This document shows positions 44,332 to 53,797 of a stretch of 64,000 nt of DNA, one piece after another; positions within the stretch are counted from its first letter, which is position 1; each line of letters begins with the position of its first letter. This DNA comes from an uncultured Candidatus Entotheonella sp. (GTDB lineage Bacteria; Tectomicrobia; Entotheonellia; Entotheonellales; Entotheonellaceae). The translations under genes and the position numbers were made by a program. The notes under the pieces were generated by a model that was given only the letters and a program-made list of their open reading frames with translations, did not search any database and had not been told where the DNA came from. The stretch lies in the NCBI GenBank assembly GCA_965217185.1, contig OZ244252.1:1568001-1632000 (forward strand), given 5' to 3'.

Positions 44332-44832
44332 GTGAGACGGCTTGCGGCAGGGCACCGACAGCGGCGTGCAACGGTAATATCCCGGCTCATGGTCTCGGTA
44401 GGCTGGGCTTTACTGCTGAGCACGCTCTTCTGGGGCTCGACGGCGTTGGCGCAACCCAACACCAATCCGATGCGGGCCCCGAAAACTCCCCGTTCCCAAG
44501 CGCCCCTTGTTTTCAAATCGTCTTCCATTCCGGTCCAGGTGTTCGACGCCTACCTGCCCTTCTTTCAAACCGTCATTTCGCCAGTCGACGGGGCGCGTTC
44601 CGCCATATACCCCACCGGTTCAGCATACGCGCGACAGGCCTTCGCCAAGCATGGCGCGCTGTTGGGATTCGTTCTGACGGCGGAACGGCTCATGCACGAG
44701 GGCAACGAGCGGTTCGTGGCGCCGCGCGTTCGCAAACACGGCAGGTGGCGGATTTACGATCCGGTGGAGGCCAACGATAGGTGGTGGCATAAACCGGGTC
44801 CGGCGGGGCCAGGTGATTCGCAGCAACGATGA
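44332..44832 (+). CDS. YidD-like (membrane protein insertion efficiency factor) protein
   Basis: FFQTVISPVDG..YPTGSAY..AFAKHG..G..LTAERL; start may be 44389. Confidence 0.62.
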   Translation: MRRLAAGHRQRRATVISRLMVSVGWALLLSTLFWGSTALAQPNTNPMRAPKTPRSQAPLVFKSSSIPVQVFDAYLPFFQTVISPVDGARSAIYPTGSAYARQAFAKHGALLGFVLTAERLMHEGNERFVAPRVRKHGRWRIYDPVEANDRWWHKPGPAGPGDSQQR

Positions 44833-44939
44833 GAGAAGGAATGGCTGTATTGGGACTGGTCGCCGGGCACGTCAAGCCTCAACGGACGGCGGCGTGGACG
44901 GACCGATGGTGTCGATGGCCCTCCGTGTCATGAGCAGGT

Positions 44940-45623
44940 ATGAGGTCAAAGAGCACACAGCGCCAGGGACGATTCAAATTTTCCCTTCCCGATGACATTC
45001 CGGCTGATCTGCGGGCGTTTGCCGGCGGCTGTGCTCTTGAGGACGATGAATTTCCATTCGAGCGGATCAGCGATATTGCGGAGTTGGAAAGCTGGCGGAA
45101 AGAAATCAACCGGCCTCTCTACCACATTCACAAATGGTGGGCACAGAGGCTGGGCACGGTCTTTCGCGCGATTGTTCTCGGCGCCCTTACACCTTCCGGA
45201 ACCGATATCTTAGATACCTTCTATCGACCGGTCCGTTTGAGGAGCCCGGTCGTTTTTGATCCCTTCATGGGAAGTGGGACGACAATCGGCGAGGCGGCCA
45301 AACTCGGTGCCCGGGTCATAGGCCGGGATATCAACCCCGTTGCACATTTCCTCGTACGCAATGCGCTTTCCTTTCATGACCGCCCGAAAATTCTCCGCGA
45401 ATATCGGTCCATTGGACACGATGTTTCCGGCGAAATCCGTTCGTATTATCAAACTCGGCTTCCCGACGGACGTGTTGCGGACGTGCTTTATTTCTTCTGG
45501 GTTAAAATCGTGTCCTGCCCTTGTTGTCGCCATGAGGTGGAACTCCGTTCGTCGAGGATATTCGCAAAACATGCGTATCCAAAACGATATCCCCATGCGC
45601 GGGCGGTCTGTCCTGAATGCTGA
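44940..45623 (+). pseudogene. N-terminal fragment of a DUF1156-type adenine DNA methyltransferase
   Basis: IHKWWAQRLG, DPFMGSGTT, DINPVA, CPCC..CPEC, then stop; no DPPY catalytic motif. Confidence 0.78.
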
Positions 45624-45990
45624 GAACACATACGTGCATCAAAACAAGAGCTTCAGGGGCTTCGGCAGCTACGGTGATCTTCTTGTCCGTGACCGAAAGA
45701 TGTATGTCGCACCGCCTCCCTTTGCTCTTGCTGAAGGTGCCGCGCATCGTCGCACGTTGATCTTGCCTGCTGATCTGCCCGTTGATAGCGACCTGATGGA
45801 AATCGGTGTCCTGACGAGGCGCGAAGCCGAGTACATGGTTGTCGCTTATCAATTCGACCTGCGAACCAATGAACTTGAAACAACGCTTGTACGCAACCCA
45901 AACGCCGGCTGCGAGCATGTATTCAAAGCTTGGCGGGTCAAGGGTGATCCAGAGGAGCCCATAACGCTGCGCCAAAAGCAAGGGCCTTAA
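45616..45990 (+). pseudogene. Start-less C-terminal fragment of an unknown gene, probably the MTase partner
   Basis: Protein-like open frame (NTYVHQNKSFRGFGSYGDLLVRDRKMY...) begins at the point where the MTase breaks off. Confidence 0.5.
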
Positions 45991-46028
45991 ACCAGATTGA
46001 GGTTTGGATTCAAGAGGAAGATAACGGC

Positions 46029-46289
46029 ATGGCCATCAATCAGGAATTAATCGATCTTCTCGTTTGTCCGGAGACGAAACAATCCCTCACTCTGGCCGAG
46101 CCGGATGAGGTGGCGGACATCAACCAACGGATCGCGCGCGGGGAAGTGGCAACGCGGCGGGGAGCACCGGTTAGGGAGCCGATTGATGGTGCCCTGATCC
46201 GGGCGGACCGGCAGTATTTCTACCCGATTCGCGACGACATCCCGATCATGCTGATCGATGAGGCTATTGCACTGGCAGGGGACAGCTAA
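46029..46289 (+). CDS. Trm112 family protein
   Basis: LIDLLVCPETKQ...YPIRDDIPIMLIDEA. Confidence 0.88.
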   Translation: MAINQELIDLLVCPETKQSLTLAEPDEVADINQRIARGEVATRRGAPVREPIDGALIRADRQYFYPIRDDIPIMLIDEAIALAGDS

Positions 46290-47313
46290 GCGGCTGTGGC
46301 CGGGCGTCGAGAACTCTTGCCGGAAGGTCGCTCAAGGCGGTTTGTAGAATGTTGAATGCGGTGTCCACAGTCAGAGACTGCTCGCTAAGCATCCGGCGCC
46401 AGGCCCGTGCGGCGGGTTGGTGGGCAAACAGGCCCAATAGGTGGCGCGTGATGCGGTGCGGCGGCAGACCCTTCGCCGTCCATTTGTCAAGATACGGCAG
46501 CATCGCCTCCAGGACTTGCCGACGGCTCGGTGGCACTGACTGCGCTCCGAAGAAAACATTGTCCGCCAGGGCGAACAGAAACGGCTCGTCGTACGCCGCC
46601 CGCCCGATCATGACGCCGTCCACCGCCTGTAAATGCCCGGTAGCCTGTTGCAGAGTCTTAATGCCGCCGTTGATCGCAATGTGCAGCCGCGGATGCCCCG
46701 CCTTCAGGCGATACACGTCGTCGTACCGTAACGGCGGCACAGTACGGTTCTCCTTTGGGCTCAGACCCTGCAGGACGGCGATACGGGCGTGCACGATAAA
46801 GCCCTCGCAGCCCGCTCTGGCGACCACGCTGACAAACCGCTCCATGTCTTCATAGCGCTCCAGCCCGTCGATGCCGATGCGGTGTTTGACCGTCACCCGC
46901 AGCGGCGTCGCCCGTCGCATGGCCTCAACGCCGCGCGCTACCACCTCCGGCTGTGCCATCAGGCAGGCGCCGAAGTGACCCTGCTTCACCCGGTCGCTGG
47001 GGCAGCCGACGTTGAGATTCACCTCGTCATACCCCCAATCCTCGGCCAGCCGCGCGCAGTGCGCCAGCGCCGCCGGATCGTCGCCGCCGAGTTGCAGGGC
47101 CAGGGGCTTTTCCACCTCCGAGAATGCCAGGAAGCGCTTGGCGTCGCCGTGCATCAATGCCGCGGTGGTGATCATTTCCGTGTACAGCAAGGTGTGCCGG
47201 GTGATCTGGCGCATGAAGTAGCGATAATGCCGGTCGGTGCGGTCCATCATCGGCGCCACGCTCAGGCGTTCCGGGTATGCCGCGGTTGGCGCAATTGGGG
47301 ATGGAGTCGTCAT
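46264..47313 (-). CDS. dusA: tRNA-dihydrouridine(20/20a) synthase
   Basis: SVAPMMDRTD, QLGG, NLNVGCPSDRV, VHARIA..GLSPKENR, INGGI, GVMIGRAAY. Confidence 0.95.
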   Translation of the reverse strand: MTTPSPIAPTAAYPERLSVAPMMDRTDRHYRYFMRQITRHTLLYTEMITTAALMHGDAKRFLAFSEVEKPLALQLGGDDPAALAHCARLAEDWGYDEVNLNVGCPSDRVKQGHFGACLMAQPEVVARGVEAMRRATPLRVTVKHRIGIDGLERYEDMERFVSVVARAGCEGFIVHARIAVLQGLSPKENRTVPPLRYDDVYRLKAGHPRLHIAINGGIKTLQQATGHLQAVDGVMIGRAAYDEPFLFALADNVFFGAQSVPPSRRQVLEAMLPYLDKWTAKGLPPHRITRHLLGLFAHQPAARAWRRMLSEQSLTVDTAFNILQTALSDLPARVLDARPQPLSCPLPVQ

Positions 47314-47440
47314 TGTCCGGATGCCTTTCCCGCACGGGTGCCAGCATTGCGCCCCACTCGTGCCGCTGCTATGCTTTCGGCCACGTAAATTGACGAATTC
47401 AAGACACTTTGGACCGAATCGAACCGATGGATATTCCGCA

Positions 47441-47935
47441 ATGACGCAGCCGCTCACCCGACCCGAGAACCCCCTGCAGAAGCGTCACACCATTGCCGCT
47501 ATCGTTTATTTCATCTATGGCATTTATTACCTGTTCGGCGCTCAGTATCTAACCAGTATGCAGAGCACCCAGCGCGGCATGTCGAACCCCACCCCATTCT
47601 TAATCCTCGGCGGCATTATAGCGATCACCTTTCCATTCCTCATCTATCGTCGCACCGGCATCGGGGTGTCGTTCCTGCAACGCGCCAGCGGCCAGCACAG
47701 AAGCTACCAGATCAGTTTCACCCTGCTGCTTGGGCTACTGGTCTGCGCCCGCGTCGTCGCCTTGTTGCGGGGTGGCTTGTATCTGAAATCGCCGTTGCAC
47801 ACGGCAGCGCTGGTGCTGACAGTGATCAACGCCGCGTGCCTGTTGTGGGCCGGATTGGGCCAAGCCTGGTGGCGAATCGAGGCAACCGAGGACCCGCCAA
47901 TGCAATCGACTGGGAGTAGCCCATGGGCGTCATGA
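47441..47935 (+). CDS. Hypothetical membrane protein (about 4 TM)
   Basis: Four hydrophobic segments; ATGA overlap with the next gene. Confidence 0.65.
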   Translation: MTQPLTRPENPLQKRHTIAAIVYFIYGIYYLFGAQYLTSMQSTQRGMSNPTPFLILGGIIAITFPFLIYRRTGIGVSFLQRASGQHRSYQISFTLLLGLLVCARVVALLRGGLYLKSPLHTAALVLTVINAACLLWAGLGQAWWRIEATEDPPMQSTGSSPWAS

Positions 47936-48165
47936 ACCTCTACCTCCTGGTCGGCCTGCTGGTGCACGTCGCCTTCCTGGGCTTGGCCGATTGGCTGGCC
48001 TATCACCACTTGGTAAAGCACGGCTACGACCACACCGTGCTCATTCTCGGCGTACTGAACGTTGGCATCGGTTGCGGCATCTATTTCCTGGTTTACTTGC
48101 CTATGCGGCGGCACGTGCGCCTGCGCCGCATGGTTCGTGAGGGGAGCCGCAATGGAAGCCGTTAG
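47932..48165 (+). CDS. Small 2-TM His-rich membrane protein
   Basis: 77 aa, coupled on both sides; loop AYHHLVKHGYDH. Confidence 0.62.
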   Translation: MNLYLLVGLLVHVAFLGLADWLAYHHLVKHGYDHTVLILGVLNVGIGCGIYFLVYLPMRRHVRLRRMVREGSRNGSR

Positions 48166-48805
48166 GGGGTGCTGCCTGCTGGTATTGATCGGTCTCTGCG
48201 CCCTCTTTGCAACGGGCTGTGAGCGGGTGGCAAGCGATGGATTCGACCCCGCCTCGGCCACCTACAGCCCCACACCGCCGAGACCTGTGGAAACCGTCGA
48301 GTATCTTACCGAGCCGATTGTCTATACCATCGACGCCCGTACCCAAAACGTCTGGGTCTACTTCGATTTCTCCCGCGGCGCCGTGGTGCCGGTCCTCAAT
48401 CCCAAAAAAGACGCCTGGGACCTTGCCTTCAAGCGCTACGTGATGAAGACCAACGGCGGCCGCAGCAATACCGACGGCCAAGGCGCCGTGCTGAAGCTCC
48501 GCAGGCGGGATTTCGGCGCCGTGTCCAAGGTGCCCGGAGACGCTGAATTTCAGGCCGACGTTCACCCCAAGAACCGCCTGCATCCTTCCAATCCGGTTCT
48601 GGAGAAATGGTACAACTACAGCTATCTGGCCAACGTGCTGGCCCCCAAGCCGGAGGTTTACGTCATCCGCACACAGGAAGGCAAGTACGCCAAAATGCGG
48701 ATGCTGAGCTACTATTGCACCGGCAACGTGGCGGGCTGCATGACGTTTGAATACGTCTACCAAGGCGACGGAAGTCGTCGCTTGGCCGACGGACCGGCGG
48801 CCTGA
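48152..48805 (+). CDS. HmuY family heme-binding lipoprotein
   Basis: Lipobox FATGC; WVYFDF, WDLAFKRY..TNGG, WYNY, YVIRTQEGKYAKMRMLSYY. Confidence 0.82.
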   Translation: MEAVRGCCLLVLIGLCALFATGCERVASDGFDPASATYSPTPPRPVETVEYLTEPIVYTIDARTQNVWVYFDFSRGAVVPVLNPKKDAWDLAFKRYVMKTNGGRSNTDGQGAVLKLRRRDFGAVSKVPGDAEFQADVHPKNRLHPSNPVLEKWYNYSYLANVLAPKPEVYVIRTQEGKYAKMRMLSYYCTGNVAGCMTFEYVYQGDGSRRLADGPAA

Positions 48806-48834
48806 GTCCCCATGATGCGGGCAACGAGCGAGCA

Positions 48835-49998
48835 ATGACCACCATGGGGCGACGAGAGGTACTCAAACTCGGCGGCGCGTTGGCGGCGGGGGCTTCAGCG
48901 GCGCCGGCCTTAGCGGGTCAAGCAGCCACCGACCCCGACGAGTTGACGCGGCTGCAGCAGGCGGTCAATTTCATCTACGACGGCTCCCATCTCACCCCCC
49001 TTGAATACGCCCACCTTCTGAATCAGCTCGCCACTTCCAAGCCGTTGCACGCCGACGTTTATTCCAACGGCGGTGTCGTCGAGGAACTGGAACACGCGTT
49101 TGCGCGCTGGCTCGGCAAGGAAAGCGCCGTCTTCATGCCCACCGGCACGCTGGCCAACCACATCGCGCTGCGGGAACTGGCTGGGGTGCAGCGGCGCGTC
49201 CTCGTGCAAGCCGAGAGTCACATCTACAACGATTCCGGCGACTGCGCTCAGCAGCTCAGCGGCCTGAACCTCATTCCCCTGGCGTCGGGGCGAGTCGGCT
49301 TCACGTTATCGGAGGTGCAGGACACGGTGCGGCGCAGCCGCTCCGGCAGGGTAGAGACGGGTGTCGGCGTCATTTGCATCGAGTCGCCGGTACGGCGCAT
49401 GGACGATGCCGTGTTCGGCTATGACGAGATGCGGCGCATTGCCGCCTTCGCCCGGCAGGAAGGCATTCGGCTGCACCTCGACGGCGCCCGCCTGTTCGTG
49501 GAATCCGCTCACACCGGCATCCCGCCGGCGCAATACGCCGCGCTGTTCGATACTGTGTACGTGTCGCTGTACAAGTGCTTCAATGCTGCTTCCGGGGCCA
49601 TTCTGGCCGGCACGCGGGCGTTCACCGAGAACCTGTTCCACGTGCGCCGCATGTTCGGCAGCGGCCTGCCGGGTGCGTGGCCGTACGCCGCAGTGGCTTT
49701 GGAATTCGTCGACGATTTCCTGGATGAGTACAAGACCGCCTGGCGCAAGGCGGAAAGCATTTTCCAAATGCTGGCCGAAGACCCTGCTTTTCGCGTCGAG
49801 CCCATTCCAAACGGCACCCACGTCGTGCCCGTGTACGTGTCCGGGAGCGACCCTGAGCGCTTTCGCGACCGGCTCAGCCGCCGCAACATTCACCTGCCGC
49901 AGGCCCGTTGGCAGGGCGGCTTCTGGCTCAAAATCAATCCCTCGTTGAATCGCATGTCCGCGCAGGACGTGGCGCGCGCCTTTGTGGCGGCCTTGTAG
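48835..49998 (+). CDS. Low-specificity threonine aldolase / beta-eliminating lyase with Tat-like signal
   Basis: GRREVLK; FMPTGTLAN, ESHIYNDS, HLDGARL, SLYKCF (PLP Lys). Confidence 0.87.
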   Translation: MTTMGRREVLKLGGALAAGASAAPALAGQAATDPDELTRLQQAVNFIYDGSHLTPLEYAHLLNQLATSKPLHADVYSNGGVVEELEHAFARWLGKESAVFMPTGTLANHIALRELAGVQRRVLVQAESHIYNDSGDCAQQLSGLNLIPLASGRVGFTLSEVQDTVRRSRSGRVETGVGVICIESPVRRMDDAVFGYDEMRRIAAFARQEGIRLHLDGARLFVESAHTGIPPAQYAALFDTVYVSLYKCFNAASGAILAGTRAFTENLFHVRRMFGSGLPGAWPYAAVALEFVDDFLDEYKTAWRKAESIFQMLAEDPAFRVEPIPNGTHVVPVYVSGSDPERFRDRLSRRNIHLPQARWQGGFWLKINPSLNRMSAQDVARAFVAAL

Positions 49999-50037
49999 GT
50001 CCGTACCGGCGCATCCTCAGTTCACAAGGAGCCCATC

Positions 50038-51015
50038 ATGCCGGCAATTGCGGGCAAGGACTTGACCATCGGCGTGTGTCACCCGGCCTACCGCATCGCC
50101 CCGGTACTCAGCGCCCGTCTTCCCGAGGCAACGGTTTTTCAGGAACACAGCGCCGACGCAATCAGGCCGCGCATGCCCGAGATTGATGTCTTGGTGATTT
50201 CCGGTGCTTGGCGAGACGATTTGCTCGAAGGCGCTGAAAAACTGCGATGGATTCAGGCCATCGGCGTCGGTTACAACCAGTTTCCGCTCGCCGAACTGCG
50301 CCGCTGCGGCATCCGGCTGACCAACGCCGTGGGGGTCAACGCCAACGCCGTCAGCGAACACGCCATGGCGCTCGTCCTGGCGCTCAGCCGCCGCCTGCCG
50401 GAAGCGCGCGACAACCAGCATCGCAAGCACTGGCGCCCAATGATCAGCGACCCGCAGGCGCGCGAAGACGAAGTTGCCGACAAGACCCTGGGCATCATCG
50501 GCCTCGGCGCTATCGGCAACCGCTTGGCCACCCTCGCCAAGGCGTTCGGCATGCGCGTCATCGGCACCAAGGGCAACCCCGCGGCCTACCAGGGACAGGT
50601 CGACGCCGTGCTGCCGCCCGACCGACTGGGAGAGTTACTCGACAGCGCCGATTATGTCGCGCTCTGCTGCCCGCTCAAGCCCGAAACAACCAACCTCATC
50701 GGCGCGGCGGAATTGCGACGCATGAAGCCGTCCGCTTACTTGGTGAACGTATCGCGCGGGCAGGTCGTCGTCGAATCCGAGTTGATTAGCGCTTTGCAAA
50801 CGGGCGACATCGCCGGTGCGGCGTTGGACCTCACCATCGACGAACCCCTGTGCCCCGAAAGCCCGCTGTGGGAGATGCCTAACGTCCTCATCACACCGCA
50901 CACCGGCGGCGAAACGTCGCGTTACGAGCAGCGCCTGGTCGACATCATTGTCGAGAACGTGCGCCGCTGGGAACGCGCCGAACCCTTCATCCACCAGGTA
51001 GCCGGAGGGGCGTGA
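50038..51015 (+). CDS. D-2-hydroxyacid dehydrogenase
   Basis: GLGAIG, NVSRG, AALD..EPL, ITPHTGG. Confidence 0.92.
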   Translation: MPAIAGKDLTIGVCHPAYRIAPVLSARLPEATVFQEHSADAIRPRMPEIDVLVISGAWRDDLLEGAEKLRWIQAIGVGYNQFPLAELRRCGIRLTNAVGVNANAVSEHAMALVLALSRRLPEARDNQHRKHWRPMISDPQAREDEVADKTLGIIGLGAIGNRLATLAKAFGMRVIGTKGNPAAYQGQVDAVLPPDRLGELLDSADYVALCCPLKPETTNLIGAAELRRMKPSAYLVNVSRGQVVVESELISALQTGDIAGAALDLTIDEPLCPESPLWEMPNVLITPHTGGETSRYEQRLVDIIVENVRRWERAEPFIHQVAGGA

Positions 51016-51018
51016 CCG

Positions 51019-52365
51019 ATGCCGTCAACCGAGCCGAAAATCAGCCCCATCAACGTCGTCTTCGTCGTGTTCATCATGGGCGCCATCCTGTTCGCCGGCG
51101 TGTCCGGACGCATGCAGGACGCGGCCGACGCCAGCATTGCCGCGGCCAAGGGCGCGGTGACGCTGGCCATCGGGCTGATCGGCATCATGGCGTTGTGGCT
51201 GGGCTTCGTGCGCGTCCTGGAAGCCGGCGGGATGATGCGGCAATTGGCGCGTCTCGTCCGTCCCCTGATGGTGCGCTTGTTTCCCGACGTGCCTGCCGAG
51301 CATCCCGCCATGAGCGCCATGATTCTTAACATCTCGGCGAACATGTTGGGTCTCGGCAACGCGGCGACGCCGTTCGGTATCAAGGCAATGGTCGAGCTAA
51401 ACCGGCTCAATCCGTTTCCCGGCGTGGCCACCAACGCCATGTGCCTGTTCCTGGCGATCAACACCTCCAGCGTCGCGCTGCTGCCATTGGGCGTCATGGG
51501 CGTGCGCGCCGCGGCGGGAAGCACGCGGCCCTTCGAGATGTTCGTGCCGACGCTGGTGGCAACCCTGGCTTCCACCTTCGTCGGCGTGCTGGTTGCCTCC
51601 TGGCGGGGACGCCGCGATGCCGCCTACCGGGAGCAAGCGGCGCAGGCGCAGCCAGTTGACGTCGGTCCCGAAAGCAACGCCGCGGATGATGAGGCTTCCG
51701 GGCCCGACTACGCCCACTTGGTGGGGGACCCCGGCACCATCGGCAAACGGCTGGCCATTGCCGGGTTGCTCTTGCTCGCCGCCGCCGCCGTGTACCAGGC
51801 CGTAATCGCAGATTCGCTGCCCGACTTCCTGAAGAACCGCTTCGCCAGTTATTGGTTGATGCCGGTGCTGATCTTCCTCATCTTTTCGTATGGGTTGGCC
51901 CGCGGCGTACGCATCTACGAGGCCGTTACCGAAGGCGCCAAGCAGGGATTCGACATCGCCGTGCGCATCATTCCGTTTCTGGTGGCCATTCTGGTGGCGA
52001 TCCGCATGTTCAGGGCGTCCGGGGCGATGGAACTGCTGACGTCCATCCTCAACCCGGTCACCCGCCTGATCGGCATGCCGGGTGAGGTTCTGCCCATGGC
52101 GCTGGTGCGGCCCCTTTCAGGCAGCGGCGCCTTCGGCATCATGGCCGAGTTGGTCGAGGCGGCGCCCGACTCGTATACCGCTTACGTGGCTTCAACGCTG
52201 ATGGGCAGCACCGAGACCACCTTCTACGTGCTGGCCGTTTACTTCGGCGCTGTGGGCGTCAGTCGCATCCGTCACGCGCTGCTGGCGGGGCTCTGCGCCG
52301 ATTTGACCGGCGTTGTGGTAGCATCGTTAATGTGCCGGATGTTGTGGACTGGGGATTTCAGTTAA
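51019..52365 (+). CDS. SpmA/SpmB fusion membrane protein (nucleoside recognition/Gate domains)
   Basis: ANMLGLGNAATPFGIKAM (SpmA-like); RPLSGSG and GSTETTFYVLAVYFG (SpmB-like). Confidence 0.9.
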   Translation: MPSTEPKISPINVVFVVFIMGAILFAGVSGRMQDAADASIAAAKGAVTLAIGLIGIMALWLGFVRVLEAGGMMRQLARLVRPLMVRLFPDVPAEHPAMSAMILNISANMLGLGNAATPFGIKAMVELNRLNPFPGVATNAMCLFLAINTSSVALLPLGVMGVRAAAGSTRPFEMFVPTLVATLASTFVGVLVASWRGRRDAAYREQAAQAQPVDVGPESNAADDEASGPDYAHLVGDPGTIGKRLAIAGLLLLAAAAVYQAVIADSLPDFLKNRFASYWLMPVLIFLIFSYGLARGVRIYEAVTEGAKQGFDIAVRIIPFLVAILVAIRMFRASGAMELLTSILNPVTRLIGMPGEVLPMALVRPLSGSGAFGIMAELVEAAPDSYTAYVASTLMGSTETTFYVLAVYFGAVGVSRIRHALLAGLCADLTGVVVASLMCRMLWTGDFS

Positions 52366-52424
52366 CGGGCTGGACGTCACAGACCTTGCGGATGTAGTGG
52401 ACCCTGGATCAAAAGGAGGCGGTC

Positions 52425-53705
52425 ATGAGCTCCAGCGTGCTTCGGAAGATCATCAAACCGATTGCCATCCGTGCCTTCATGGCCCGCGAGTGGTGGCAGA
52501 GCGGTGTGACGTACAACCCGCTGTCGCCGAGCGTGTACACGGATCCGTATCCGACCTACGAGCGGCTGCGCGACAAGGACCCCGTGCACTGGAGCCCGAT
52601 GATGGATTCTTGGGTGTTCTCACGCTACAAGCACGTGGACAGCATCCTGCGCGATCACAAACGGTTTTCCAATGATTCCAGCAAGCGCGGCAACCCCAGC
52701 CACATCGACGAGGCGTTTGACCTCCAGAGCCAGCCGAGCATGCTGTTCCGGGATCCGCCGGACCACACGCGGCTGCGCGCTCTGGTGAGTCGTGCGTTCA
52801 CCCCTGCGGTCGTCGAGGGTCTTGCCAGACACATCCGCGCCATCGCCGACGATCTGCTGGACCAGATCGACGATCCCTCCAGCTTTGACCTTATGGAGAC
52901 CATCGCGGCCCCCCTGCCTGTCATCGTCATTGCCGAGTTGCTTGGCGTGCCGGTAGAAGACCGGCCGCAATTCCAGATTTGGTCGCGCCACCGCGCCCGC
53001 GGTCTGGAGCCGAACATCACCGCCGAGGAACGGCGCATGGTCGGTGAAGCGGGTAAGGAGCTCGACGAGTATTTTCTGGGCATCATCGATCAGCGGCGGC
53101 GGGAACCCCAGGACGACCTGATCAGCGCCCTGGTTGCGGCTGAAGAGGCAGGGGACAAGCTTAGCGAGGCGGAATTGCTCGCCATGCTGCGGCTTCTGCT
53201 GGTGGCCGGCAATGAGACGACCACCAAGCTCATCGGCAACGGCATGCTGGCGCTGTTGCGGAACCCCGAGCAACTGGAGGTACTGCGCCAATCGCCGGAC
53301 CTGATGCCTTCCGCCATCGAAGAGTTGCTGCGCTACGACGCTCCCGTGCAGTTGGACATCCGGGTCGCCCTGGAGGACATGGAGTTCAACGGTCGCCACA
53401 TTGCCAAAGGCGAAGGCATCATCGTGCTCCTCGGCTCAGCGAATCGCGACCCGGAGGTTTTCAACGAGCCGGACCGGCTCGATCTCACCCGCCAGGAAGC
53501 CAATCACATCTCCTTCGGACGCGGCATCCACCACTGCCTCGGAGCCTCTCTGGCTCGATTGGAAGGCCGGCTCACCTTCGAGGCCATCATGGAGCGCTTC
53601 GCCGACATTCGCATGCAGACGGACCGACCTGTCTTTAGGGACAACATTATTTTGAGGGGGCTGGAGGTGCTGCCAGTCAACGCGCGGAAGGCCACGCTCA
53701 ACTGA
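52425..53705 (+). CDS. Cytochrome P450
   Basis: DPPDHTRLR, AGNETT, EELLRY, FGRGIHHCLG. Confidence 0.96.
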   Translation: MSSSVLRKIIKPIAIRAFMAREWWQSGVTYNPLSPSVYTDPYPTYERLRDKDPVHWSPMMDSWVFSRYKHVDSILRDHKRFSNDSSKRGNPSHIDEAFDLQSQPSMLFRDPPDHTRLRALVSRAFTPAVVEGLARHIRAIADDLLDQIDDPSSFDLMETIAAPLPVIVIAELLGVPVEDRPQFQIWSRHRARGLEPNITAEERRMVGEAGKELDEYFLGIIDQRRREPQDDLISALVAAEEAGDKLSEAELLAMLRLLLVAGNETTTKLIGNGMLALLRNPEQLEVLRQSPDLMPSAIEELLRYDAPVQLDIRVALEDMEFNGRHIAKGEGIIVLLGSANRDPEVFNEPDRLDLTRQEANHISFGRGIHHCLGASLARLEGRLTFEAIMERFADIRMQTDRPVFRDNIILRGLEVLPVNARKATLN

Positions 53706-53797
53706 TCACAGGCGGCAGGTCCCCGAATCGAGTTCAGCGCAGGTTTTGAGCATTCGGAGCTGTGGAATTAGCTTCTGCCAAACCGTCCAGCCATCTA

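Noticed and set aside
45621..45623. Selenocysteine readthrough of the TGA after CPEC
   Set aside because: The frame hits another stop soon after and shows no MTase motifs.
51019..52365. Evidence of sporulation from SpmAB
   Set aside because: Fused SpmAB homologs are widespread in non-sporulating bacteria.
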